Source: Candidatus Eiseniibacteriota bacterium (GTDB lineage Bacteria > Eisenbacteria > RBG-16-71-46). From it: a DNA stretch of 64,000 bases. The position numbers and the translations under genes were made by a program. The notes under the pieces were generated by a model. The model worked only from the letters and a program-made list of their open reading frames with translations, was not told the origin of the DNA and made no database searches. Location: assembly GCA_963725865.1 (NCBI GenBank), contig CAVSAC010000010.1:32001-96000 (forward strand), in the 5' to 3' direction. Positions 9,761 to 20,289 of this stretch are shown one piece after another; the first letter of the stretch is position 1, and each line of letters begins with the position of its first letter.

Positions 9761-11095
9761 TCAGGCGGCCGGCGGTGTCCGGCGTGCGCGCAGCGCGAGC
9801 ACGAGGACGGTGGCGGCCGGGAGCCCGTACTCGACCCAGCGCCACGCCAGCGGGAGGTGGAATGCACGGCCTTCGGACGGCGTCGCGAGCACGCCGTAGT
9901 TGAGGATCGCGGTGAGCGAGAGCACCAGCCACCCCCACCCGAGGCGCAGCGGCTGGAAGCACAGCATCCAGCCCAGGTACCACGGGTGCAGCACCGGCGA
10001 GGTCAGCAGCACGGCGCCGAGCCCGCTGCGCGTCGCGTCCTCCGGGCTGCGCGCGCGCCACCACGCCAGCGCGCAGACGGCGCCGACCAGCAGCAGCGAC
10101 ACCGAGCGCGCGGGCGCGAACCCGCCGCACAGCCGGTCGAGGTAGACGAACACCAGCTCGTTGTTGCGCCACTGGCCCCAGTAGGCGGCGAGCCCCGAGT
10201 AGGTCGCCCGAGTGAGGCTCCAGAACCACGCGAGGCCGACGGCCGGCAGCACCACCGCCACCACCCGCGCCCGCCACGGCCAGCTCCGCATCACGAACGG
10301 CAGCGCCACCAGCGGCACCAGCTTCACCATCGCCGCGGCCGCCAGGCAGACCGCGGCGGCCACCGGGCGCTCGGCCGCCAGCACGAACGCGAGCACCATC
10401 CACAGCATCGCGGTCGGATCGTTGTGCCCGCTGCCCGCGTAGTGCACGAGCACCAGCGGATTCCACGCGTACGCGAGCGCCGCGGCGGCGCTGCCGGTGC
10501 GCCGCCGCGCCCACACCATCAGCACCAGCACCAGTGCGAGATCGTGCAGCACCACCCACGCCTTCATCGCCAGCACCGTCGGCGACAGCCACGCCACCAG
10601 CGCGAACCCCGCCTCGGCGAGCGGCGGATAGATGGTGGCGAGCTCCTTGTGGTTGATCCCCGGCCAGATCAGGCCGTCGCGCAGCGCGGTCAGCGCCGGA
10701 TCGAGCGGATTCTGGGTGTAGGGATTGCCACCGTGGACCAGCACCTGTCCTTCCCACACGTAGCGGAACAGGTCGCCGGACAAGGACGGCGGCAGGGGCA
10801 GCAGCACCAGCCGCGCCGCCAGCGCGACTCCGAACACCGCCCACTCCACGCGCGGGAGCGCGCGATAGCGGGGCAGACGCAGCAGCGCGAGCGCGTAGAA
10901 CGCGAACGCCACCGCGTAGAGCGCCTGGAACGTGCCGAGCGCCCAGAACCACGACGGCAGGCGGCCGAGCAGCGCCACCGCCAGCAGCAACCCGAGCCCG
11001 AGCGCGCACAGCTCGAGCGCCGCGCCGAACGGACCCGGCGGATGCGCCGCCGGCGTGCCTTCGACGAGCTGGAGCGGGGGGCGCGGAGCGCTCAC
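9761..11095 (-). CDS. GT-C (GT87/DUF2029-like) membrane glycosyltransferase
   Basis: Polytopic membrane protein with SGDLFRYVWEG, NPY, IYPP, WNPL, GHND and HPWY motifs. Confidence 0.75.
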   Translation of the reverse strand: MSAPRPPLQLVEGTPAAHPPGPFGAALELCALGLGLLLAVALLGRLPSWFWALGTFQALYAVAFAFYALALLRLPRYRALPRVEWAVFGVALAARLVLLPLPPSLSGDLFRYVWEGQVLVHGGNPYTQNPLDPALTALRDGLIWPGINHKELATIYPPLAEAGFALVAWLSPTVLAMKAWVVLHDLALVLVLMVWARRRTGSAAAALAYAWNPLVLVHYAGSGHNDPTAMLWMVLAFVLAAERPVAAAVCLAAAAMVKLVPLVALPFVMRSWPWRARVVAVVLPAVGLAWFWSLTRATYSGLAAYWGQWRNNELVFVYLDRLCGGFAPARSVSLLLVGAVCALAWWRARSPEDATRSGLGAVLLTSPVLHPWYLGWMLCFQPLRLGWGWLVLSLTAILNYGVLATPSEGRAFHLPLAWRWVEYGLPAATVLVLALRARRTPPAA

Positions 11096-11116
11096 GGGCG
11101 GGCGCCTGACGCCGCG

Positions 11117-13255
11117 CTAGCGGCTCTTCGGCACGACGACCCGCGCGGAGCGGATCGCCGCGTTGCCCGCCAGGTCGACGGCGCGCACGCTCACCGAATG
11201 CTCGCCCGCCTCGACCTTGTCGAGCCGCGCGCGGAACGCCGCCGCGCGCTCGTCGGTGAGGCCCCCGTCCGGGCTCACGGTGCGCCAGTCGCCGTCGTCG
11301 ATCGCGACCTCGAGCCGCGACAGCGGGCTCGTGGCGTCCTCGGCGCGGCCGCTGACGCGGATCGCGCCGGGCTCCGCGGTGGCCTCGAACGCGCTCACCA
11401 CCGGCGGCGTGTTGTCGAGCGTGAACGGCTCCGAGAGCACCTGCGTCAGGTACTCCTCGCCCACCGCGTTGCCGGGCGCGTCGCTCGCCTGCACGCGCAG
11501 CCGATAGAGTCCGTCGGGCAGCGCGTTGGTGTCCCACGTGAACGCGCTGTCGTCGAGGTCCTCGCCGAGCTTGAACCACGCGCCGTCGGGCTCGTGGTGC
11601 GCGTCGACGCGGTAGCGCAGCGCGTCGCCGTTCGGATCGACGCCCTTCCACTGCACGGTGCGCAGCCCACGCGCCCAGGCCGGCAGCGCCCGCAGCAGCT
11701 TGGGGCTGGGAGTGCCGGGCACCGAGTACTCCACCTTCTGCCCGCCCGCCAGCGTCTGCGTGACGGCCTCCATGCGCGGCTGCAGCTCGCCCTCGCGGAA
11801 CCCGCTGCCCTGAGGCGCGACGGTCAGCTCCTCGATGCGCGGCGGCTGGTTCTGTTCGCGCCAGGCGGCCTCGACCGACGCGACGCGCGGATTGCCGCCC
11901 GCGAGCACGACCTTCCACTGCAGGTAGCGGGCGTTCGGCAGCGCGGGCTTGACCGCGCCGTCGGCGGCGTTGCCGCCCGCCCACGCGGTCCAGGTGGTGT
12001 CGGGCGGATCGCTGTTGCCGGAGCGCGCGAACAGGTCCACGCGGCCGCCGTTGGCGGCGCCGTTCCAGCGCAGCGATCCGAACCGCGCGAAACGGCGCGC
12101 GTCGTACACCTGCGAGAGCAGCTCGCCCTGGCTCGCGCGCGCGGGGCCGACCTTCCAGAGCGCGGCGGGATTCGAGGTCGCGGCGAACAGCAGGCCGCCG
12201 GGACCCTCGGCGAGCGCGGTGACCTGGCCCTGCGGCAGCGCCAGCAGCTGCGAGGCGCCGGTGCGCTCGAGGCGGTAGAGCGCCGCGCGCGATCCGGTCG
12301 CCGCCACCACCGCGTCGCCGGCGCGCTGGAGCGCGAACACGAATGTCTGCGGCGCGGTCCACAGCGCGAACGCGGAGGAGTCCGGCACGATCCGGTAGAC
12401 CACCGTGCGCCCACCGCTCACCGCCGCGGTCGCGGGCCGCGGATTGTCGCTGTCGTCGTCCTCGTTCACCGCCGAGGCGCTGAGCGCGGCGGCGTAGAGC
12501 GCGCCGTCGGCGCCGAACGCGAGGGCGCGGATCTCGTCCTCGGCCGCGTCGAACACGGTGCGCGCGGTGCCGTCGGCCGCCACGTGCACCAGCCGCCCGC
12601 GCGAGTCCCCACCGGCGTACACGCCGCCGTGTCCATCGGGCAGCAGGCACACCAGGTTGCTCTCGTCGGTGTCGAGCACCGTGCGCACGCTGCCCTCGGC
12701 GATCCGCAGCAGGCGCCCGCGGGTGCCGGATGCCGCCCACCAGCCGCCCTTCGCGGCCGGCGCCAGCGCCCACACGTAGCGCTCGCCGGTGCGCGCGAGC
12801 CGCGTGGTGTCGCCGCGCGCCGAGATCCGCCACAGCATCCCGTCGGGACCGGTCCCCGCCACCACGCCGTCGCCGTCCGCAGCGAGTGCCAGCACCTGCC
12901 CGCTGCTCACCCGCGCCCACGGGCGGATGCGGCCGTCGGGCGTCCAGCGGTCGATGCGCCCGTGGTCGCCGCCGATCGCGACCGAGCCGTCCTTCAGCAC
13001 CGCGAGCGCCCACACCACGCCGAGGCTGTCGGCGCGGGTCTGCACCGCCGCGGGGCCCAGCTCGAGCACGCCGTCGGGGCCGGCGACGATCCCGCGCGCC
13101 TCGCCCTTCGCGTGGTCGGCCGGACTGTCGGCGATCCACCACTGCGTGTCGGATGCGGATGCCGGCGCCGCGGCGAGCGCGACCATCAGCAGCAGGCACG
13201 CGAGCGGGGCGCGGGAGCACTTGCGAGTGGACGGCACGAACCCTCCGGTGGTCAT
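11117..13255 (-). CDS. Secreted beta-propeller plus Ig/FN3-like protein
   Basis: Start ATG 13255 overlaps the S55 gene stop; signal peptide; repeated VWALA...G...GT propeller blades; C-terminal beta-rich domains. Confidence 0.7.
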   Translation of the reverse strand: MTTGGFVPSTRKCSRAPLACLLLMVALAAAPASASDTQWWIADSPADHAKGEARGIVAGPDGVLELGPAAVQTRADSLGVVWALAVLKDGSVAIGGDHGRIDRWTPDGRIRPWARVSSGQVLALAADGDGVVAGTGPDGMLWRISARGDTTRLARTGERYVWALAPAAKGGWWAASGTRGRLLRIAEGSVRTVLDTDESNLVCLLPDGHGGVYAGGDSRGRLVHVAADGTARTVFDAAEDEIRALAFGADGALYAAALSASAVNEDDDSDNPRPATAAVSGGRTVVYRIVPDSSAFALWTAPQTFVFALQRAGDAVVAATGSRAALYRLERTGASQLLALPQGQVTALAEGPGGLLFAATSNPAALWKVGPARASQGELLSQVYDARRFARFGSLRWNGAANGGRVDLFARSGNSDPPDTTWTAWAGGNAADGAVKPALPNARYLQWKVVLAGGNPRVASVEAAWREQNQPPRIEELTVAPQGSGFREGELQPRMEAVTQTLAGGQKVEYSVPGTPSPKLLRALPAWARGLRTVQWKGVDPNGDALRYRVDAHHEPDGAWFKLGEDLDDSAFTWDTNALPDGLYRLRVQASDAPGNAVGEEYLTQVLSEPFTLDNTPPVVSAFEATAEPGAIRVSGRAEDATSPLSRLEVAIDDGDWRTVSPDGGLTDERAAAFRARLDKVEAGEHSVSVRAVDLAGNAAIRSARVVVPKSR

Positions 13256-15084
13256 GGGGCTTTCGAATCGACGTTGACGTCGAGCAGCAGCTGACCGCGC
13301 ACCACGCCGGGCAGCGCGTCGCGCTGCTCGCCGAGCATCGCCAGTTCGCCGCGGCGTCCGCGCTCGCCGGCGCTCAGCGGGCTCGCGAGCACGGTCAGCG
13401 CCGACAGCGGCAGGTCGGGATAGTCGCGCCCGTCCGACGTCACCTCGGGCGCGCGCGCCAGCAGTGCGGCGTACAGGCCGTCGCTGCCGCGCGAGGCCTG
13501 CAGGCGGCGCCACGCGTCGTCGAGCGAGGTCGGCTGGAAGTGCGCGGGCAGGCGGGTGGACTCGTAGCGCGTGTACTCCGTCGCGCCGCCGATGAACAAC
13601 AGGTAGTGCCCATCCGGGGTCTCCTCCGGCACCGCCACGTCGAGCGTGCGCACCTCGGTGCCGCCGCGCCAGCGCTCCAGCTCGGCCCGCACCCGCGCGG
13701 TCCCGCCGGGTCGCACGCTGGCCGACAGCAGCCGCGCGCTGCGCAGCGCCCACTGCTCGCGCACCGGGTCCACCACCACGTCCACCGTCACGCTGTCGAG
13801 TGTCACGCGCGCGAACGGGTTGTTGAGCACGAAGCGCAGCGGCGAGACGACGCCGCCCGCGAAATCGCTCGGCGGCGCGTCGCCGGCCGCCACGTCGGAG
13901 ATCACCAACGGAACCGCGCCCGCACGGTAGAGACGCAGCGTCCAGCGCAACGTCTGCGCGCCGCTCGCGCCGCCGCTCTCGAGCAGGCTGTTGCCGGCCG
14001 CGGCCCCGATCAGGCCGGGCGCGATGAAGCGGTCCTCGATGCTCTCGAAGCGGAACGTCTGGCGCGGGCGCCGCGGCCCGCTGACGGTGACGCGCAGCGG
14101 CATCAGGCGCGCGCTGCCCCCCACGCGGCCCGCGACCGCGGGGCGGCGATCCTGGGTCGCCACGCCGGCAGGCTGACCGCGGACGCCGAGCTTGAACGAC
14201 GAGCCGAGGCTCGGGATCACGGTGACGATCTCTGCGGTCGACAGCGGCAGGCTCACCTCGCCCGCCTGGAAGAACGGATGCCCGAAGATCAGGATGCGGT
14301 CGCCGTCGCGATAGGTCACGGTGCCGATCGCCGACAGCTGCAGGTCACCACGCATCACGTCCACCGCGACCGCGGCACCCGGCACCAGCGCGTCCGCGGA
14401 GGGCCCGGCCCCCACCGCGCGTCCGCCCGGCACCGCGGTGAAGCCGAGCGGCGCGACGGTGAGCGCGAGCGCGTCGAGCGCCGCGGGATCGAGGCCGTTG
14501 CACACGAGCGGGATCGGCAACCGCAGCGGCCGCCCGGAGAGCGGCTCCGGCGTGGTAGCCACGGGCGGATCAGCCGCCGCGTCGTCGTCGTCCCAGTGGA
14601 ACTCGCGGAATCGCGGCGCGGGGCCGCCGCGGCCCAGCTCGACTCCAGCGGGGCCGTTGCTCGGCTCGCCGGGCGGGGCGTCGGGCAGATCCAGCACCGC
14701 GAGCATCTCCTGGATCGGCGTGATGCCGAAGACCGGCTCCTTCGAGAACTGCCAGCCCGACGACAGTGCCCCGATCAGCCGCCCGTCGACGTACACCGGC
14801 GAGCCGCTCATGCCGGCGGCGACCCCGGAGCGCACCACGCGCTCGGAGAGCGCCCGCGCCACGATCATGTCGCCGTCGGCGCGTCCGCTGTGGAGGACGC
14901 CGAGGATCTCGGCCGAGAAGGTGTCGATCTTGGCACCCTCGAACACGGTGCGCACCACGGCGGTCTGGCCGGGGCGCAGCGCGTCGATGTCGAGGGTGGG
15001 AACGGACGGGGCCGCGCCGGCGGGCCGCGGCGATGCCGCGAGGGCGGGGACGAGCGCGAGGGCGCACAGCCAGCGGGGAGTCAC
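13252..15084 (-). CDS. SpoIVB peptidase S55 domain protein, secreted
   Basis: Signal peptide; GVAAGMSGSPVYVDGRLIGAL, GITPIQEM, AIGTVTY and FGHPF motifs. Confidence 0.85.
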   Translation of the reverse strand: MTPRWLCALALVPALAASPRPAGAAPSVPTLDIDALRPGQTAVVRTVFEGAKIDTFSAEILGVLHSGRADGDMIVARALSERVVRSGVAAGMSGSPVYVDGRLIGALSSGWQFSKEPVFGITPIQEMLAVLDLPDAPPGEPSNGPAGVELGRGGPAPRFREFHWDDDDAAADPPVATTPEPLSGRPLRLPIPLVCNGLDPAALDALALTVAPLGFTAVPGGRAVGAGPSADALVPGAAVAVDVMRGDLQLSAIGTVTYRDGDRILIFGHPFFQAGEVSLPLSTAEIVTVIPSLGSSFKLGVRGQPAGVATQDRRPAVAGRVGGSARLMPLRVTVSGPRRPRQTFRFESIEDRFIAPGLIGAAAGNSLLESGGASGAQTLRWTLRLYRAGAVPLVISDVAAGDAPPSDFAGGVVSPLRFVLNNPFARVTLDSVTVDVVVDPVREQWALRSARLLSASVRPGGTARVRAELERWRGGTEVRTLDVAVPEETPDGHYLLFIGGATEYTRYESTRLPAHFQPTSLDDAWRRLQASRGSDGLYAALLARAPEVTSDGRDYPDLPLSALTVLASPLSAGERGRRGELAMLGEQRDALPGVVRGQLLLDVNVDSKAP

Positions 15085-15092
15085 GGCGGCGC

Positions 15093-15121
15093 ACTCTAGC
15101 AGAGGGTGCGGAGCGCGCCAA
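15093..15121 (-). promoter_or_regulatory. Sigma70-type promoter for the S55 operon (leaderless)
   Basis: TTGGCG-N17-TAGAGT with extended TG; GTG start 8 nt downstream. Confidence 0.55.
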
Positions 15122-15158
15122 CGCCTGAACCGGTGCGATGCGCAGGCTTTGCCGTCGC

Positions 15159-15187
15159 TTGAAACCCGTCCCGCCGCGCCCTAGAGT
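15159..15187 (+). promoter_or_regulatory. Sigma70-type promoter for yitJ (leaderless)
   Basis: TTGAAA-N17-TAGAGT; ATG 9 nt downstream. Confidence 0.6.
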
Positions 15188-15196
15188 GCGCCCCTC

Positions 15197-17050
<1,854 letters not shown>

Positions 17051-17072
17051 CGCCGTCGCGCGAGGAGGGGCG

Positions 17073-17402
17073 ATGGACCGATCCATGATCACCACCGGAC
17101 TCGAAGTGCCCGGCACCCGCATCGTGCGCCCGCTCGGGATCGTGCGTGGCATCACCGTGCGGTCGCGCTCGGTGCTGGGCAACCTGGGTGCCAGCCTGCA
17201 GACGCTGGTGGGCGGCAACATCACGCTCTACACCGAGCTGTGCGAGAAGGCGCGCGAGGAGGCGTTCGACCTGATGGTCGAGCACGCCGTCCAGATGGGC
17301 GCCAACGGCATCGTGGCGATGCGCTACGACGCCAACGAGGTAGCGGAGGGAGTGACCGAGGTGCTCGCCTACGGCACCGCGGTGGTGGTCGAGAGAGCGT
17401 AG
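17073..17402 (+). CDS. YbjQ/UPF0145 family protein
   Basis: [11 protein letters not shown]...[10 protein letters not shown]...AREEA...[11 protein letters not shown]...EVLAYGTAV. Confidence 0.92.
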   Translation: MDRSMITTGLEVPGTRIVRPLGIVRGITVRSRSVLGNLGASLQTLVGGNITLYTELCEKAREEAFDLMVEHAVQMGANGIVAMRYDANEVAEGVTEVLAYGTAVVVERA

Positions 17403-17417
17403 GCGGCCGGAGGCCCC

Positions 17418-17792
17418 GTGCTGAAGCACCTGCTCTATTTCGTGGTGATGGGCGGCGCAATGATGGCGCTTTCGATGTCGGGGATCCTGCCCGGCTTCAC
17501 GGTGGACAACTGGCAGTCCGCGCTGCTGGGCGCGATCGTGCTGGCGGTCGCCAACACCATCCTCAAGCCCATCCTCTTCATCCTCACCCTGCCCATCACG
17601 TTCATCACCCTCGGGCTGTTCCTGCTGGTGCTGAACGCGCTGATGCTGTGGGTGACCGCGGCGATCGTGCCCGGCCTCCACGTGCACGGCGCCCTCACCA
17701 CGCTGCTCGCCTCGCTCATCCTCTCGGCGGTCGGCCTGATCTGGAAGGGCGTCGCCGGCGAGGGGAAGCAGCGCGCCGAGAAGAAGGACTGA
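17418..17792 (+). CDS. YvlD/DUF360 (phage holin 4-2 family) membrane protein
   Basis: Four TM segments; NTILKPILFILTLPITFITLGLFLLVLNALML motif. Confidence 0.88.
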   Translation: MLKHLLYFVVMGGAMMALSMSGILPGFTVDNWQSALLGAIVLAVANTILKPILFILTLPITFITLGLFLLVLNALMLWVTAAIVPGLHVHGALTTLLASLILSAVGLIWKGVAGEGKQRAEKKD

Positions 17793-17800
17793 AGCCGAGG

Positions 17801-18478
17801 ATGAAGGGCCACGGACCCCACGATCCACACCACCACACCATCGCCCCCGTCGAGGACGATGGGCGCGACGCGAAGGATCTCGCCCCGGCCGAGAACGCCG
17901 ATCTGTGCGCCGGCTGTGTCAAATGCTGCACCTACATCATCGTCGAGGTCGACGCGCCGCGCGCCGCGTGGGAGTACGACCAGTGGATCTGGGCGCTGCA
18001 TCACGGCGCGATCCAGATGTACGTGGAGCGCCCCGAACACTGGTTCCTGCACATCGAGACGCGCTGCACGCAGCTCCAGGACGACGGCCGCTGCGCGATC
18101 CACGGGCGCCATCCGGTGCTGTGCCGCGAGTACGACCCGCGCTCGTGCGAACGCCGGCTGCCGCTCGCGGACATTCGCGCCTGGTTCCACGACGCCTACG
18201 AGCTGGAAGCGTGGATCGAGCGCGAGCGCCCCACGCACTGGGCGCGCCTGATGGCCTACCGGCGCGACCGCCCCGACGCGCCCCCGCGAGCGGACGTTCA
18301 CGTGGAACGGCGGCGGCGCGAGGCTGCGCGACTGATTCCGGTCGAGGCGCTGATCGGGATGGCGATGCCTGCGCCCGCGAAGGCGCCGCGGGCGCCCTCG
18401 AAAGCCCCGGCGCCCGACCCCGAGGCGGTCGCCGTCGCGAAGTCGGTGTGGATGGGCAAGGGCGCACGACGGGTCTGA
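17801..18478 (+). CDS. YkgJ-family CxxCxxCC zinc/iron-chelating protein
   Basis: ATG 17801; CAGCVKCC, RCTQL..DGRCAIH..HPVLCREY..C. Confidence 0.85.
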   Translation: MKGHGPHDPHHHTIAPVEDDGRDAKDLAPAENADLCAGCVKCCTYIIVEVDAPRAAWEYDQWIWALHHGAIQMYVERPEHWFLHIETRCTQLQDDGRCAIHGRHPVLCREYDPRSCERRLPLADIRAWFHDAYELEAWIERERPTHWARLMAYRRDRPDAPPRADVHVERRRREAARLIPVEALIGMAMPAPAKAPRAPSKAPAPDPEAVAVAKSVWMGKGARRV

Positions 18479-18508
18479 GCGCGAGACGGTTGCCGTGGCG
18501 AAGTCAGT
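18426..18508 (+). repeat. Imperfect 22-bp direct repeat duplicating the YkgJ 3' end
   Basis: CGGTCGCCGTCGCGAAGTCGGT (18426-18447) versus CGGTTGCCGTGGCGAAGTCAGT (18487-18508), 19/22 identical. Confidence 0.6.
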
Positions 18509-18774
18509 CGGAGTGATTGCGGGGATCGCAGTGATCGATTGCGATTCCGCGTGACAGGCTTCGCGGACCCGGGCGTGCGCAGACCCACCGCTCGTGCTTC
18601 AACCGTGCGCGTGCGTGCGCAGATTGCGCGCAGGCAGCGCGATTTCTCCGCGTTGCCCTCTTGCCTCGTGACGCCCCGCGAGACTCACTCTCTGGGCAGG
18701 CACGGACGCCGCGAACGCGCGTGCTAGAAGTAGAGACTGCCCCCGCGACTCTGCCCCCGCCGCGGAGTCCCGCC

Positions 18775-20156
18775 ATGAAGTGCTACTCGCTGTCGCATCT
18801 GTCGGACCACGTGTTGCTGCATGACCTGGCCGCACTCGTTGCCCAGGACCGCACCACCACCGCGGCGCTGCTCGCGCATCTCGCCGAGGTCGATGCCCGC
18901 AAGCTCTACCTGCCGGCGGCCTACCCTTCGATGTACGCCTGGTGCGTCGGAGAGCTGAAGCTGTCGGAGGACGCGGCCGCCAAGCGCATCCAGGCCGCCC
19001 GGGTCGCGCGGCGGTTCCCGGCCATCTTCCCGATCCTGGCGGACGGCCGCCTGCACCTGAGCGCGGTGGTGCTGCTGGCGCCGCACCTCAGCCCGGACAC
19101 TGCCGACGAACTGCTGGCCGCCGCGGCGAGCAGGTCCAAGCCCGAGCTCGAACGGCTGATCGCCGAGCGCTTCCCGCGGCCGGACCTGCCGACGTTGCTG
19201 CAGTCCCTCGCACCTTGTGAAATCGGAGAACAACATGCCCCGGGGCATGTTCACGTGACGACTTCTGAACATGCGCTGGAGCCCGTGGGTGCGCCGGGTA
19301 GCGTACCGGCACTGGCGCCGGTTCATGACCACGTGAGCCAACACGCCCCGGGGCGTGTTGATCCTGCGATGTCGCGCGGCAAGCTCGCTCCGCTCTCGCC
19401 CGGCCGCTTCGCGCTGCAGGTCACGATCGCGCAGGACACTCACGACAAGCTGCACTACGCACAGTCCTTGCTCGCCCACACGCTGCCCCACGGCGACCTC
19501 GCCCAGGTGCTGGATCGTGCGCTCGACGCGCTGGTCGCCAAGCTCGAGCAGCGCCGCTTCGCCGCCACCGCCCGCTCGTGCCCGAGCCGTGGGCGCCGCA
19601 CCGAGGACAGCCGTTACGTGCCCGCCGCAGTCCGGCGCGCGGTGTGGCAGCGCGACGGTGGCCAGTGCACGTTCGTGGCGACAAGGGTCATCGCTGCGAG
19701 GCCCGTGCCCGGCTCGAGTTCGACCACGTCGAGGCGTTCGCGCGCGGCGGTCAGGCGAGCGTGTCGCAGATGCGCCTGCAATGCCGGGCGCACAACCAGT
19801 TCTCCGCCGAGAGGATGTTTGGAGCCGACTTCATGCGCCACAAGCGTGACGAAGCTCGGCGCCGGGTGGCCGTGTCACGTAATGCGAAGCAGCCGCCCGA
19901 GCGCGACAGCGCGTCAGCCCAGCAGTCCGGCGTGGACGAGGTGATCCCGTGGCTCCGGGCACTCGGCTTCCGAGCTGACGAGGCGCAGCGCGCGGCAACG
20001 CTCGCGGACGACATACCCGACGCCCCGCTCGAGGCACGAGTTCGCGCAGCGATCGCAAGCCTGGCACCTGCGAGCGCACGCAAGGAGCCCGTGCACTTGT
20101 CGACATTCAGAGACTCGTTCGGCACAAGTGGGGTGGCGAGCGGGATTGGCACGTGA
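18775..20156 (+). pseudogene. HNH endonuclease (DUF222-like N-terminus), split by a 1-nt frameshift near 19677
   Basis: ATG 18775 MKCYSLSHLSD...LLAHLAEVDARKLY...YVPAAVRRAVWQRDGGQCTFV; the motif continues in another frame as GDKGHRCEARARLEFDHVEAFARGG...LQCRAHNQ (HNH core), then a short RuvA-C-like helical tail. Confidence 0.82.
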
Positions 20157-20289
20157 GGAGACTGTAGCCTGGGGCTACCGCACGTTCGGAGCCGAACTCG
20201 CAGAGGAGATCAGGATCGCCGCTCGGGATCTCAGAGCGCGTCTCACGCTGCTCCGTTCGGCGCGACGCCGAACGTCGCGGTCGGGCGAT

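Noticed and set aside
15085..15196. SAM riboswitch before yitJ
   Set aside because: The gap is only 112 bp, is filled by two divergent promoters and lacks an ATC.AGAG S-box core.
17418..20156. Prophage remnant (holin-family gene plus HNH)
   Set aside because: YvlD/DUF360 proteins are common chromosomal genes, and no integrase, terminase or structural phage genes are present.
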